A stretch of DNA of 64,000 nucleotides. It comes from Filimonas lacunae (GTDB taxonomy: Bacteria; Bacteroidota; Bacteroidia; Chitinophagales; Chitinophagaceae). Position numbers and translations under genes: made by a program. Of this stretch, positions 10,979 to 20,018 are shown piece by piece. The notes under the pieces were generated by a model, which made no database searches, was not told the DNA's origin, and worked only from the letters and a program-made list of their open reading frames with translations. The stretch covers positions 4,900,823-4,964,822 of the forward strand of contig NZ_AP017422.1 in NCBI RefSeq assembly GCF_002355595.1. The letters are read 5' to 3'. Positions within the stretch are counted from its first letter, which is position 1. Each line of letters opens with the position of its first letter.

Positions 10979-12217
10979 ATGCGTTTAAACATTAAATACA
11001 TTCTGATCGTATTTATTCTATTATATATGCCTTCCTTACTGCAGGCACAAAAAGCACGTAAAACCGTGTTTATAATAGTGGATGGCATCCCTGCTAATGT
11101 AATAGAAAAAGTGAGTCATCCGCACCTTGCCGCCATTGCAAAGGCTGGCGGGTATAGCAGGGCTTATGTGGGAGGTAAAAAAGGCACCTACAGCGAAACA
11201 CCCACCATTTCAGCAGTAGGTTATAATAGTGTGCTAACAGGCACCTGGGTACATAAACATAATGTATGGGACAATGACATAAAAGCCCCCAACTATCATT
11301 ACCCTACACTGTTCCGTTATTACAAAGAAGCCTACCCAAAAGGCAAAACAGCCATCTTCTCCTCCTGGCAGGATAACCGTACCAAACTGGTAGGCGATCA
11401 ACTCCCTGCCACAGGCAACCTGGCAATAGACATACATTATGATGGGTTGGAACTGGATACCATACAATATCCACACGATGCCGCCCGCAATTTCATGAGC
11501 CGTATAGATGACAGCGTAGCACATATAGCTGCACAAAGCATTCGCACACAAGCCCCTGACTTAACCTGGGTATACCTGGAGCATACAGATGATATGGGAC
11601 ATATGTTTGGAGATAGCCCGAAGTTTTACCAGGCAGTAGAAGCAGCAGATGCCAGGGTAGGATATATATACGATGCGGTTCAATACCGCATGCAACAGTT
11701 TAAAGAAGACTGGCTGGTGATAGTAACCACCGACCATGGCCGCGATTCCGCCACCGGCCATCATCACGGCGGTCAAAGCAACCGGGAACGCAGCAGCTGG
11801 ATATTTACCAATGCTAAAAACCTGAATGAAGAATTTCAGGCTCCCTATTGCGCTGTAGTAGACATTGCCCCTACCGTAGCCCGGTTTATGCAATTACCTA
11901 TAGCTGAAAACAACGCCTATGAAATAGATGGTATTCCTTTTACCGGTTCATTATCTATCAGCAACCTCGAAGCCAAACAGGAGAATAACCAATTACATAT
12001 TACCTGGGCTGCTTTGCACCCCAAGGAAACCATCACTTTATGGATAGCCCATAGCAATAAACAAAAAGAAGGTGGTACAGATAACTACCAGAAGCTGACT
12101 ACTTTACCTGCAGAGGCTACCCAATGGAGTATACCATTGACCAGCCTGCCACAAGGCATGCACAAAATAGTAGCCACTGGTAAATACAATACCATCAATT
12201 GCTGGTTTATCAACTAA
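10979..12217 (+). CDS. Type I phosphodiesterase / nucleotide pyrophosphatase family (alkaline-phosphatase superfamily) protein
   Basis: Signal peptide from M at 10979 (MRLNIKYILIVFILLYMPSLLQAQ). Motifs VFIIVDGIPANV and TDHGRDSATGHHHGG match NPP/AP-superfamily metal sites. The ORF track start at 10886 is probably too early. Confidence 0.65.
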   Translation: MRLNIKYILIVFILLYMPSLLQAQKARKTVFIIVDGIPANVIEKVSHPHLAAIAKAGGYSRAYVGGKKGTYSETPTISAVGYNSVLTGTWVHKHNVWDNDIKAPNYHYPTLFRYYKEAYPKGKTAIFSSWQDNRTKLVGDQLPATGNLAIDIHYDGLELDTIQYPHDAARNFMSRIDDSVAHIAAQSIRTQAPDLTWVYLEHTDDMGHMFGDSPKFYQAVEAADARVGYIYDAVQYRMQQFKEDWLVIVTTDHGRDSATGHHHGGQSNRERSSWIFTNAKNLNEEFQAPYCAVVDIAPTVARFMQLPIAENNAYEIDGIPFTGSLSISNLEAKQENNQLHITWAALHPKETITLWIAHSNKQKEGGTDNYQKLTTLPAEATQWSIPLTSLPQGMHKIVATGKYNTINCWFIN

Positions 12218-12744
12218 TCAACAGGCAAAGTCCTGCGCAAATCAGTTTGTGCAGGCTCCTCCCGGGTATCCATTAATTGCAGCTGTAACACACTTTTATC
12301 AAACAGGTTTACGACACGATATTCATAATCGGGCGACTTATCGTATCCACAAAGAGAAAGACCTAATTCAGGATATATCCATATGCCTGGCAAATACCTG
12401 GCGGGATAAGCGGGAGTAAGTTGTTCCAGTGCGTTATTACCTGTAAACAAATCGGAAGATAAACCGGCAAAGTCCAGCTCCAGGCTCAACCCTTCCGTGG
12501 GTTCTACTAATGCACCCGTGTTTGCATCATTACGTCCCACATAAAACTCCAGTTCAGTAACCACTCCTTTAATAAAAGAGATTTTCAGTTTTTGTTGTAC
12601 CATAATACTGGCCACCCCAAAACCGGGAATATCCATGGTGGCCACTTCAGGAAAAAGAGCAATTAATTGTTCCTGGTTCATACCAAATTTCACAGGTAGC
12701 GCCCCTTCATATGGCTTAATAACGAATTTCATCTTGTTTATCAT
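12214..12744 (-). CDS. Hypothetical protein
   Basis: 176-aa ORF with a coding-like composition. Its 3' end overlaps the convergent 10979-12217 gene by 4 bp. Confidence 0.4.
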   Translation of the reverse strand: MINKMKFVIKPYEGALPVKFGMNQEQLIALFPEVATMDIPGFGVASIMVQQKLKISFIKGVVTELEFYVGRNDANTGALVEPTEGLSLELDFAGLSSDLFTGNNALEQLTPAYPARYLPGIWIYPELGLSLCGYDKSPDYEYRVVNLFDKSVLQLQLMDTREEPAQTDLRRTLPVD

Positions 12745-13032
12745 TTTTCATTATTACAAATGCAGCAATCCCTCACTTAGAGATCTTCAAATTACCAAAA
12801 AACACGCAATCGTACTTCAAAAAAAATGATAAACTTTCCGGGCACGCTGCCGGTTAGTAACACAATGACTGCATAAAAAGTCAAACACTCATCCACACAA
12901 GCGCTTTCATAAGCGATAATTTACACATAAAAAGGTGATTTTTCACCGAACAAGCAGCAATAACACATATATATTGCATTCATAATACTTAAACGTATTA
13001 TTCAATCACTCTAAACTTTAAAAAAACAAAGC

Positions 13033-13533
13033 ATGATGAAGAAATTGCTGATGGGCAGCCTGCTGCTGATCTTTGCATTTACTGCCTGTAAAAAAGATTC
13101 CGCTTCTACTCCTGACGAAGCTGGTACCACAAACACCTGGAAATTTACTGTTAACGGTCGTACCTATAGCGGCAGCATCCTTTCAGGAGTGTACACGACT
13201 ATAATGGGCCCCAACCTGCTTATTGCTGGTAAGTTAAACAACACCGATACCTTGTTTAGCATTTCTATTCAATTCCCTGGCTCCAGCATAGAAACAGGTA
13301 GCTACAAAACTTCCGACCTGGGCACTTCTATGAAACTGATGGCTCCCAATGGAGATGTGGTATGGGCTGCTATACCATTGGAAGACTACCCGGTAACTAC
13401 TATCAAAGTAACTTCTGCTGATGCTGCTACTAAAACTGTAACCGGCACTTTCTCCGGCCAGGCTTATAATTTTGACGGCATTACGAAGGATGTTACGGAT
13501 GGCTCATTTACCGCTACTTATACCACTTTGTAA
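13033..13533 (+). CDS. Hypothetical lipoprotein
   Basis: Lipoprotein signal MMKKLLMGSLLLIFAFTAC followed by a Thr/Ser-rich beta-like mature region. Confidence 0.5.
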   Translation: MMKKLLMGSLLLIFAFTACKKDSASTPDEAGTTNTWKFTVNGRTYSGSILSGVYTTIMGPNLLIAGKLNNTDTLFSISIQFPGSSIETGSYKTSDLGTSMKLMAPNGDVVWAAIPLEDYPVTTIKVTSADAATKTVTGTFSGQAYNFDGITKDVTDGSFTATYTTL

Positions 13534-13549
13534 CAACAGATATAAACTA

Positions 13550-13590
13550 ACAAAGGAAGTAACCCCACTTCCTTTGTTAGTTTAAAATTT
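13550..13590. terminator. Bidirectional rho-independent terminator
   Basis: Stem acaaaggaagt / acttcctttgt around an aacccc loop, followed by ttagtttaaaattt. Confidence 0.5.
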
Positions 13591-13598
13591 AGTGATCA

Positions 13599-13979
13599 TC
13601 AGGTTTCTATCAGCCTCGTTTGTAACCCTTCTATTTTTCCTTCGCGGCTTATCCCCACAATAAATACATCTACCTGCACCTGCCCTATCCTATATACTGT
13701 TACCTCCTGCAACTCCTGCTTCAACACGGTTATTAACTGCCTGAATGTAGCAGCTTCTTCCTCCCGGGAACTTCCTGGCTCCGCTTTTACCATATTACGA
13801 AACAGGTACTCCACTGTTACCTGCTGTACAGGGGCATCTGCCTGCTGACCACTCCATTGCTGCAATAAAGTATTGGTAACCACCGTGGCATCGGCATGAA
13901 CATATTGAAAAGGATAATCCGACTCGCTCATCATCAGCAAACCTTTGCTGGCTGCTTCCAGTTGTTGTTGCACACTCAT
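13599..13979 (-). CDS. Hypothetical protein
   Basis: 126-aa ORF with no recognisable motif. Confidence 0.35.
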   Translation of the reverse strand: MSVQQQLEAASKGLLMMSESDYPFQYVHADATVVTNTLLQQWSGQQADAPVQQVTVEYLFRNMVKAEPGSSREEEAATFRQLITVLKQELQEVTVYRIGQVQVDVFIVGISREGKIEGLQTRLIET

Positions 13980-14055
13980 AGGTAGATATGCTGGTTTTAA
14001 TTACAGCAATGTATTACATTTAAGGCATAGTTATTATCCTGAGTACGATATTCAT

Positions 14056-15081
14056 ATGAAACACTGTATTATAACGATGCTATGCTGCTGTATGCTATTA
14101 CAGCTATCTGCACAGAATGTGCGTTTGGTGCAAAAGAACAGGCAACAAATAGATGTGCTCATCAATCAACAACTGTTTACCAGTTTTTTGTATCCCGATA
14201 CGCTGGAAAAGCCCATATTATACCCTGTAATAGCTGGCAACGGCGTTACCGTTACACGCGGTTTCCCCCTGGCTCCGCGTAATGGTGACAGAACCGATCA
14301 CCCACACCATACAGGTATCTGGTTTAATTACGAAAGTGTAAACGGGCTTGACTTCTGGAACAACTCTTATAATATCCCTGCCGCCAACAAAGTAAAGTAT
14401 GGCTGGATAAGGAACACCCAGGTAAAGCCATTACAGGCAAAAGACAATAAAGGCCTGCTAAGTTATACTGCCAACTGGGAAAACCAGGCCGGCCATCGCC
14501 TGCTGGCAGAAAAAACCAACCTGTTATTCAGCGTAGCAGACAGCAGCAGGATCATAGACCGGGTTACTACATTAACAGCCCTCCAGGACACTGTATTTTT
14601 TAAAGATGTAAAAGATGGCATGCTCGGCATTCGCATAGCTACTGTGCTGGAAATGCCTTCTGATAAAATAGCTGAATTTATTGACAGTACCGGCAACCTT
14701 AGTAAACGCAGCGCTTCCGGCAACGGCGCTACAGGCAACTATCTTACCTGCGCCGGCAAAACCGGTAACGATGCCTGGGGCACACGCGGCAGCTGGTGCC
14801 TGATATCAGCCACAGCACAACAACAACCATTATCTGTTGCTATTATCGATCATCCTGCCAATCCGGGTTATCCTACCTACTGGCATGCACGCGATTATGG
14901 CTTATTTGCAGCCAACCCGTTGGGGCAACAGGTGTTTAGTAATGGAAAAGAACAGCTGCAACTCACTCTGCTTCCCGGGCAATCTGTCACGTTCCGTTAC
15001 CGTATTCTCATCACTTCCGGCAAAACTATAACAGCACAAGCCTTAGATAGGCAGGCACAAGAGTTTGCAGCTTTTAAATAA
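14056..15081 (+). CDS. PmoA-like / DUF6807-family secreted protein
   Basis: Signal peptide from the internal M (MKHCIITMLCCCMLLQLSAQ). A DRTDHPHHTGIWFNYESVNGLDFWNN block recalls the PmoA-family proteins usually annotated in Planctomycetota and Bacteroidota. Confidence 0.4.
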   Translation: MKHCIITMLCCCMLLQLSAQNVRLVQKNRQQIDVLINQQLFTSFLYPDTLEKPILYPVIAGNGVTVTRGFPLAPRNGDRTDHPHHTGIWFNYESVNGLDFWNNSYNIPAANKVKYGWIRNTQVKPLQAKDNKGLLSYTANWENQAGHRLLAEKTNLLFSVADSSRIIDRVTTLTALQDTVFFKDVKDGMLGIRIATVLEMPSDKIAEFIDSTGNLSKRSASGNGATGNYLTCAGKTGNDAWGTRGSWCLISATAQQQPLSVAIIDHPANPGYPTYWHARDYGLFAANPLGQQVFSNGKEQLQLTLLPGQSVTFRYRILITSGKTITAQALDRQAQEFAAFK

Positions 15082-15115
15082 GTATCCCCGGTATAGCTCA
15101 GCGTAAGCCGTTTTC

Positions 15116-16105
15116 TTACTGCCCGCCTTTATAATGGGATGTAACAAGAAAACGGCTGAGCGCCTGTTTATCTTCCAGGTTAAGTGTAATCATATCTATT
15201 AATGCCTGCTGTTTATTAGCAGCCTGCTGATAATAAGCTTTACAGATAGCATACCCGATAAAATACCCCAGATCGGCCTGCCCTTCTTTTTTGTCACCTC
15301 CATTATACAACCAGTTGCTTACGTCCTTCCCTTCCCATTCTTTCACAAATAACTCCCACACCTCATTTTCATGCTGTTTGCCGTATTCTATATAAGGCGT
15401 GTTCAAAGGATATTGCAATAACAATTCTGCTATAAAATCACACACACCTTCTGCAATACAAAATCCCAACAGGTTAGAATTACGCCGGGTTTCCATATCG
15501 CCACCCTGTTGCTGTGTATGCGTTAATTCATGCGCAATAAGAGGAGTAATCCCCTTGTTCATTTTAAAGAAACCCTGCAATAAAGGGTGCAGGCCTGTTG
15601 CATTGACTGAACTATCTGCTGTGGCTATTTCTGTCCCTACCAGCACTTCCGTTTGTGTAGTAGTACCCCCTGTGCCAATAAACCCCATGATAAAATAAAT
15701 ATCCGGTTTCTTAAATGCCGGGTAAAGTTTCCGGTAACGATTTATCAATTGCTGCACTACAACCGCGCTATCTGCAATATGTAGTGTATGGGGTCTTATC
15801 GATTGCCAGAAAGCCGGGTGTGCCTGAATACTTTTTATAAATTTTACTGCCGTCCAGTTTCTGATGCCTGCCATCTTTTGCATGCCCACGGACCCTTTAT
15901 CCAGGTACAACCGTTGCATGATCATTCTTTGCAAAGCAGTATCTTTTGTAACAGTTACGCTGTCATAAGCTTTCCAGAAACGGGCAATATCATCATAATA
16001 AATACCACTGCCCGGCTGCTGACCATACAGCAAAGAAGAAATCAGCAACGCTATAATGCACAGCATTTTTTTAAGGATAGAATAAACGGTGGCAATCATA
16101 CGCAT
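15116..16105 (-). CDS. Putative secreted Zn-dependent metalloprotease (HExxH; DUF2268-like)
   Basis: Signal peptide and an HELTH (HExxH) motif; 329 aa. Confidence 0.4.
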   Translation of the reverse strand: MRMIATVYSILKKMLCIIALLISSLLYGQQPGSGIYYDDIARFWKAYDSVTVTKDTALQRMIMQRLYLDKGSVGMQKMAGIRNWTAVKFIKSIQAHPAFWQSIRPHTLHIADSAVVVQQLINRYRKLYPAFKKPDIYFIMGFIGTGGTTTQTEVLVGTEIATADSSVNATGLHPLLQGFFKMNKGITPLIAHELTHTQQQGGDMETRRNSNLLGFCIAEGVCDFIAELLLQYPLNTPYIEYGKQHENEVWELFVKEWEGKDVSNWLYNGGDKKEGQADLGYFIGYAICKAYYQQAANKQQALIDMITLNLEDKQALSRFLVTSHYKGGQ

Positions 16106-16265
16106 TAGTTTAAGCAGTTAAGGCTACAACGATACATTTTTTTACTTAAAACACTTCATAGGAATGTACAAATGGCCCCACACATCCCCCCCGGCACAAT
16201 AAACAACTTTTTACAATTGTGGTTTATATCTATTCCTGACATTTGCATATCCGTACTATAAAACA

Positions 16266-16982
16266 TTGTTGGATATGAAAGATTATGTTGATAAAGCCAG
16301 AAAAGAACTACAACAACTGGCTGACGCTAAAACACTTGCTTCTGCACAAAAGTTCTTTAAGGAACCCATCCTCGCCTATGGCGTAAAAACGCCAGATGCA
16401 AGGGCCATCGCCAAAAGTCTCTGGAAAGAATGCAAACAGGAAACGAAGGCCACTATCTTTGGTTATTGTGAGCAGCTATGGCAGTCTGGCTATGTAGAAG
16501 AATCAGTGATTGCCTGCGAGTGGTCATACTCCTTACGCAAGCAGTTTGAAGCCAAAGACATGAAGGTTTTTGAAAAATGGATACAGCAGTATGTCAACAA
16601 CTGGTCTTCCTGCGACAACTTTTGCAATAACACCGTAGGTGCTTTACTAACACAATACCCCGAACACCTCTCCCTGCTTACTAAATGGGCCACTTCCTCC
16701 AACCGCTGGATGCGCAGGGCGGCAGCTGTATCGTTAATACTTCCAGCCCGGAATGGTTTGTTCCTCACCGAAGCCATTGACATTGCCACCCAGCAGCTGC
16801 ACGATACGGACGACCTGGTACAAAAAGGCTATGGCTGGTTGCTGAAGGTAGCCAGCAAACACCATGAGAAAGCAATTTTCCGGTTTATTATGACACATAA
16901 GCAGGAAATGCCACGCACCGCCCTGCGCTATGCGATAGAGCTAATGCCGGCTGAACTAAAAGCCAAAGCCATGAGCAGATAA
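16266..16982 (+). CDS. DNA alkylation repair enzyme (AlkD-like HEAT-repeat glycosylase family)
   Basis: 238 aa. The N-terminus ...KFFKEPILAYGVKTPDARAIAK... and the overall helical repeat pattern match the pfam08713-type DNA alkylation repair proteins. Confidence 0.65.
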   Translation: MLDMKDYVDKARKELQQLADAKTLASAQKFFKEPILAYGVKTPDARAIAKSLWKECKQETKATIFGYCEQLWQSGYVEESVIACEWSYSLRKQFEAKDMKVFEKWIQQYVNNWSSCDNFCNNTVGALLTQYPEHLSLLTKWATSSNRWMRRAAAVSLILPARNGLFLTEAIDIATQQLHDTDDLVQKGYGWLLKVASKHHEKAIFRFIMTHKQEMPRTALRYAIELMPAELKAKAMSR

Positions 16983-17000
16983 AGGATTTTTCACCATGTA

Positions 17001-17216
17001 GTGTCACCAGCAAAATATACAACGCTTACTATAGCCGGAACAGCCAATATACCACAATTTACCGCCGATTTAAAAGCACACCAGCAAGGCCACACCAACT
17101 ATCCCACTTTTTGTGCTGACTGCGCAAAATCAGGCATTGAAAAATGGATCATAGATATGCAGGCAATGACCTGTACGTATTATGATAAAGCGGGTGCAAC
17201 TATAATATATCTTTAG
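17001..17216 (+). CDS. Small hypothetical protein (possibly a fragment)
   Basis: 71 aa containing a CADC motif. Its end overlaps the convergent 17200-18156 gene. Confidence 0.25.
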   Translation: MSPAKYTTLTIAGTANIPQFTADLKAHQQGHTNYPTFCADCAKSGIEKWIIDMQAMTCTYYDKAGATIIYL

Positions 17217-18156
17217 GTATTTCTACAAAGAAATAAAAGAAGGAGTTGCGGGGATCATAATCAAAACGCAGATTATAATGTATCAAAGCTGATTCAATAG
17301 TAAATACCTCCTGAAGACTGATGTCTTTTCCCATTCCTATAGCCCCTATAGCATACTTCTCCTTTTTAATGCGGGTCACAATTTTTTCAATAAAAGCATT
17401 GCATTCTGCCAGCGAAGTCCAATACGCTTTATCCAGAGAACATACAGCAACCTTCTTATTTTTATAGCGCTGGTCAAGCGTATAATAATTGTAATACTTA
17501 CAACAGGGATCATGCGCATAATCCTCTTTAACCATATAAAGCCTGTCCTTTTCAAATGCAAACTGCGCTACAGGCAAAGTATCTTTCAACACTTCTGCTG
17601 TTAACGTGGTATTCAGGAATGTGGGTTGATTATAAAATTTTCGGTGATATACATATATGTTATTCTTTCTCAGGTCTATATCCCATAAATATTCCCGTTC
17701 ATTCAACATTCGTGCAATTCTCTTATAATCGGAAAAGAGAATTGCCTTCTTAAACCGTATAACACATGCCATTTGACTAGTAGTATCCTGTTGCGCAAAC
17801 TCCTTTTCACAAAACGAACTTAACTTTTCAATATCGTCTTCCTTATCACCTTCCCAGTTATAGTATACTAGTTTTTTACCCGCTACCCTAACATCTAGTA
17901 CATAATAATTATATGATTGCGTAGTGTCATACCCAGACTTAGGTAACAAAATGATATAAGGTTTGTAATTAACAGAACCTCCCGGCGGATCGCTTTGCGC
18001 AATAGAGTTGCTACTGATAAAAAAACTGCCTGAAATCACAAGAAATAAAATAAAACGCCCGGAAAGGCTATTAGAGTTAAGGGAAAGGGGCATAGTATCA
18101 ATTAGTATTGTTGCTGCAATATAAGTAGGTACAACGGCAAACCTATACATGCACAT
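17200..18156 (-). CDS. Hypothetical secreted/membrane protein in a low-GC block
   Basis: 318 aa with an N-terminal hydrophobic segment. Local GC is about 36%, well below the flanking DNA. Confidence 0.4.
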   Translation of the reverse strand: MCMYRFAVVPTYIAATILIDTMPLSLNSNSLSGRFILFLVISGSFFISSNSIAQSDPPGGSVNYKPYIILLPKSGYDTTQSYNYYVLDVRVAGKKLVYYNWEGDKEDDIEKLSSFCEKEFAQQDTTSQMACVIRFKKAILFSDYKRIARMLNEREYLWDIDLRKNNIYVYHRKFYNQPTFLNTTLTAEVLKDTLPVAQFAFEKDRLYMVKEDYAHDPCCKYYNYYTLDQRYKNKKVAVCSLDKAYWTSLAECNAFIEKIVTRIKKEKYAIGAIGMGKDISLQEVFTIESALIHYNLRFDYDPRNSFFYFFVEIPKDIL

Positions 18157-18224
18157 CTTTAAATATTCATGAATTTGTTATTTATCCAGCCTTACTGCTT
18201 GTAAACCGTAAAGCTTTCTTATTT

Positions 18225-18989
18225 TTGTATCCTCCATTCATGCAAATATATTCTGCCCTCCAAATTGGTGAATACCACCTGAATCATTGCGAAGATTACC
18301 TGGTTATAGAAGAAATTGGCAACAACAAACTACTGTGTGCCGTACTGGACGGCTGCACTATGGCCAACGAAAGCTATTTTGCGGCCACCTTAGCAGGTAA
18401 AATATTAAAGAAAATAGCCAAAGTAAAAGGCTACAAAGAGCTGTATGCCTTAGAGCCAGCTACCACAAATATGGACAGCTATCTGCTATCCATACTACAG
18501 GATCTTTTCCAGGAATTAAACAGCATTAAAAATCAATTACTACTGGATCAAAAAGACCTACTCACCACCTTGCTGCTGTTACTGGTAGACAAGAAGGAAA
18601 ACCACGGTATTATACTGGTTATTGGCGATGGCATCATCAGCATCAATGGTCAGGTTACAGAGTTTGATCAGGATAACAAGCCCGACTACCTCGGTTTTCA
18701 TCTGAATGAAAATGTGACAGAATGGTATCAACGACAAAAACAGAAAGTAACCTTTACCCAATGGGATGATATCAGTATTGCCACAGACGGTATACTCACT
18801 TTTACCCGCATTGCAGAGAAGCAGGATACCGGCACAATAGATCCCATCCATTTACTGCTACAGGATAGCGAGAAGAACCATGACGAAGACATGCTACAGT
18901 TAAAGCTGAAAAAGCTGGAACATGTATATGGTCTGAAACCAACAGACGATCTGGCTGTTATCAGAATAAGTCGCAGTGCTACTACTTAA
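18225..18989 (+). CDS. PP2C-like (SpoIIE-type) phosphatase-fold protein, tentative
   Basis: Three spaced DG motifs (AVLDGCT, VIGDGIISI, IATDGILTF) at positions expected for PP2C motifs 2, 5 and 8. Confidence 0.35.
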   Translation: MYPPFMQIYSALQIGEYHLNHCEDYLVIEEIGNNKLLCAVLDGCTMANESYFAATLAGKILKKIAKVKGYKELYALEPATTNMDSYLLSILQDLFQELNSIKNQLLLDQKDLLTTLLLLLVDKKENHGIILVIGDGIISINGQVTEFDQDNKPDYLGFHLNENVTEWYQRQKQKVTFTQWDDISIATDGILTFTRIAEKQDTGTIDPIHLLLQDSEKNHDEDMLQLKLKKLEHVYGLKPTDDLAVIRISRSATT

Positions 18990-19083
18990 ATCCCCTCCTT
19001 ACATCCAGGTTCAAACACGGCAGTATCAGTAGTAAAAGGGGTATTTCAAAGCTTGCGCTACAGCCGCTATTAAACTACGCCGC

Positions 19084-19272
19084 ATGAACTACGATTTGCA
19101 TGTAGGCACTATATTGGGCTTATCAGGTAAGGTTCTTGTTTTCTGTACTACTTTAATAGGTGCATCCTTACCGGTTACCGGGTTTATTATCTGGTGGGGT
19201 AAAAAGAAGAAAGGCAGTAAGAAAGCCGGCAAAAAAGCAGTTACCGCTAAAGCCGAAAACGTTACGGCATAG
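19084..19272 (+). pseudogene. Orphan C-terminal fragment of a PepSY-associated TM-helix protein
   Basis: The 62 aa match only the final TM helix plus Lys-rich tail of PepSY/PiuB-type membrane proteins (GKVLVFCTTLIGASLPVTGFIIWWGKKKKG). The upstream in-frame sequence hits a stop at 19033 and does not look like the same protein. Confidence 0.4.
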
Positions 19273-19293
19273 ATGATTCTTTATAAGACGCAT

Positions 19294-19334
19294 AAGGGGC
19301 AGTTGCTACAATATCAGCCACTGCCCCTTATTTT
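19294..19334. terminator. Bidirectional rho-independent terminator
   Basis: Stem aaggggcag / ctgcccctt followed by atttta. Confidence 0.5.
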
Positions 19335-19354
19335 ATGTCAATAGCTGTTGTTCC

Positions 19355-19909
19355 TTATTCATCCTTATACAACTCGCTAAACTTATCGTATGCTTTGCTA
19401 AGCGCCGCATTAGCGGTTTCCAACACTTCAGGCTCCAGCTGTGTTGTGCGGGAAGTGTGTTTTAAAAATGCCTGCTGATTTTCTAACACTACATGCGCCA
19501 TCACCGTTTTATCACCCCAGAAATAATCATAAATAAGCGCAAAACCTTTTTCTCCCGGCTCCATAAAAGTTGCCAGGCTTTTCACCCAGGCTAGTGTAGG
19601 CAATATTTCCTCATAGTTTTCACTTAAAAACAATACACTGAAAGTCCACACGCTTTCCTGCGCATTTTCATCTTCATAACATCCCAATTGCGGAAGCGCC
19701 AGAAACCCGGTGGCAATATCACCGTTATTTTTTGAATCATAAAATTTCGGCACTTGCGTAAGTGGTGATGGACTGTACATTTCCCGGCTGTTCCACCAGG
19801 CAGTCCAATCTTCATCTACTTCATGGGCAACAGATTCGGATTGAAAAAATTGCGCTAATCGTTCCTTGCTGATAGGAACGTGTACGTACAAGGAGTTTTG
19901 TTCAGACAT
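19355..19909 (-). CDS. Hypothetical protein
   Basis: 184-aa acidic ORF, Trp-rich, with no motif recognised. Confidence 0.4.
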   Translation of the reverse strand: MSEQNSLYVHVPISKERLAQFFQSESVAHEVDEDWTAWWNSREMYSPSPLTQVPKFYDSKNNGDIATGFLALPQLGCYEDENAQESVWTFSVLFLSENYEEILPTLAWVKSLATFMEPGEKGFALIYDYFWGDKTVMAHVVLENQQAFLKHTSRTTQLEPEVLETANAALSKAYDKFSELYKDE

Positions 19910-20018
19910 AGATTATTCCATTACATGTTTATTGCTAAAAGGCACTGCAATATAAAAGAAAACACAACACTCTCTTAGTATGCCCTTCCGCAACACAACA
20001 GACGCCATCAGGTTAACA

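Noticed and set aside
16490-16789. 99-aa minus-strand ORF inside the DNA alkylation repair gene
   Set aside because: It is antisense to a well-supported AlkD-like CDS and shows no conservation signal.
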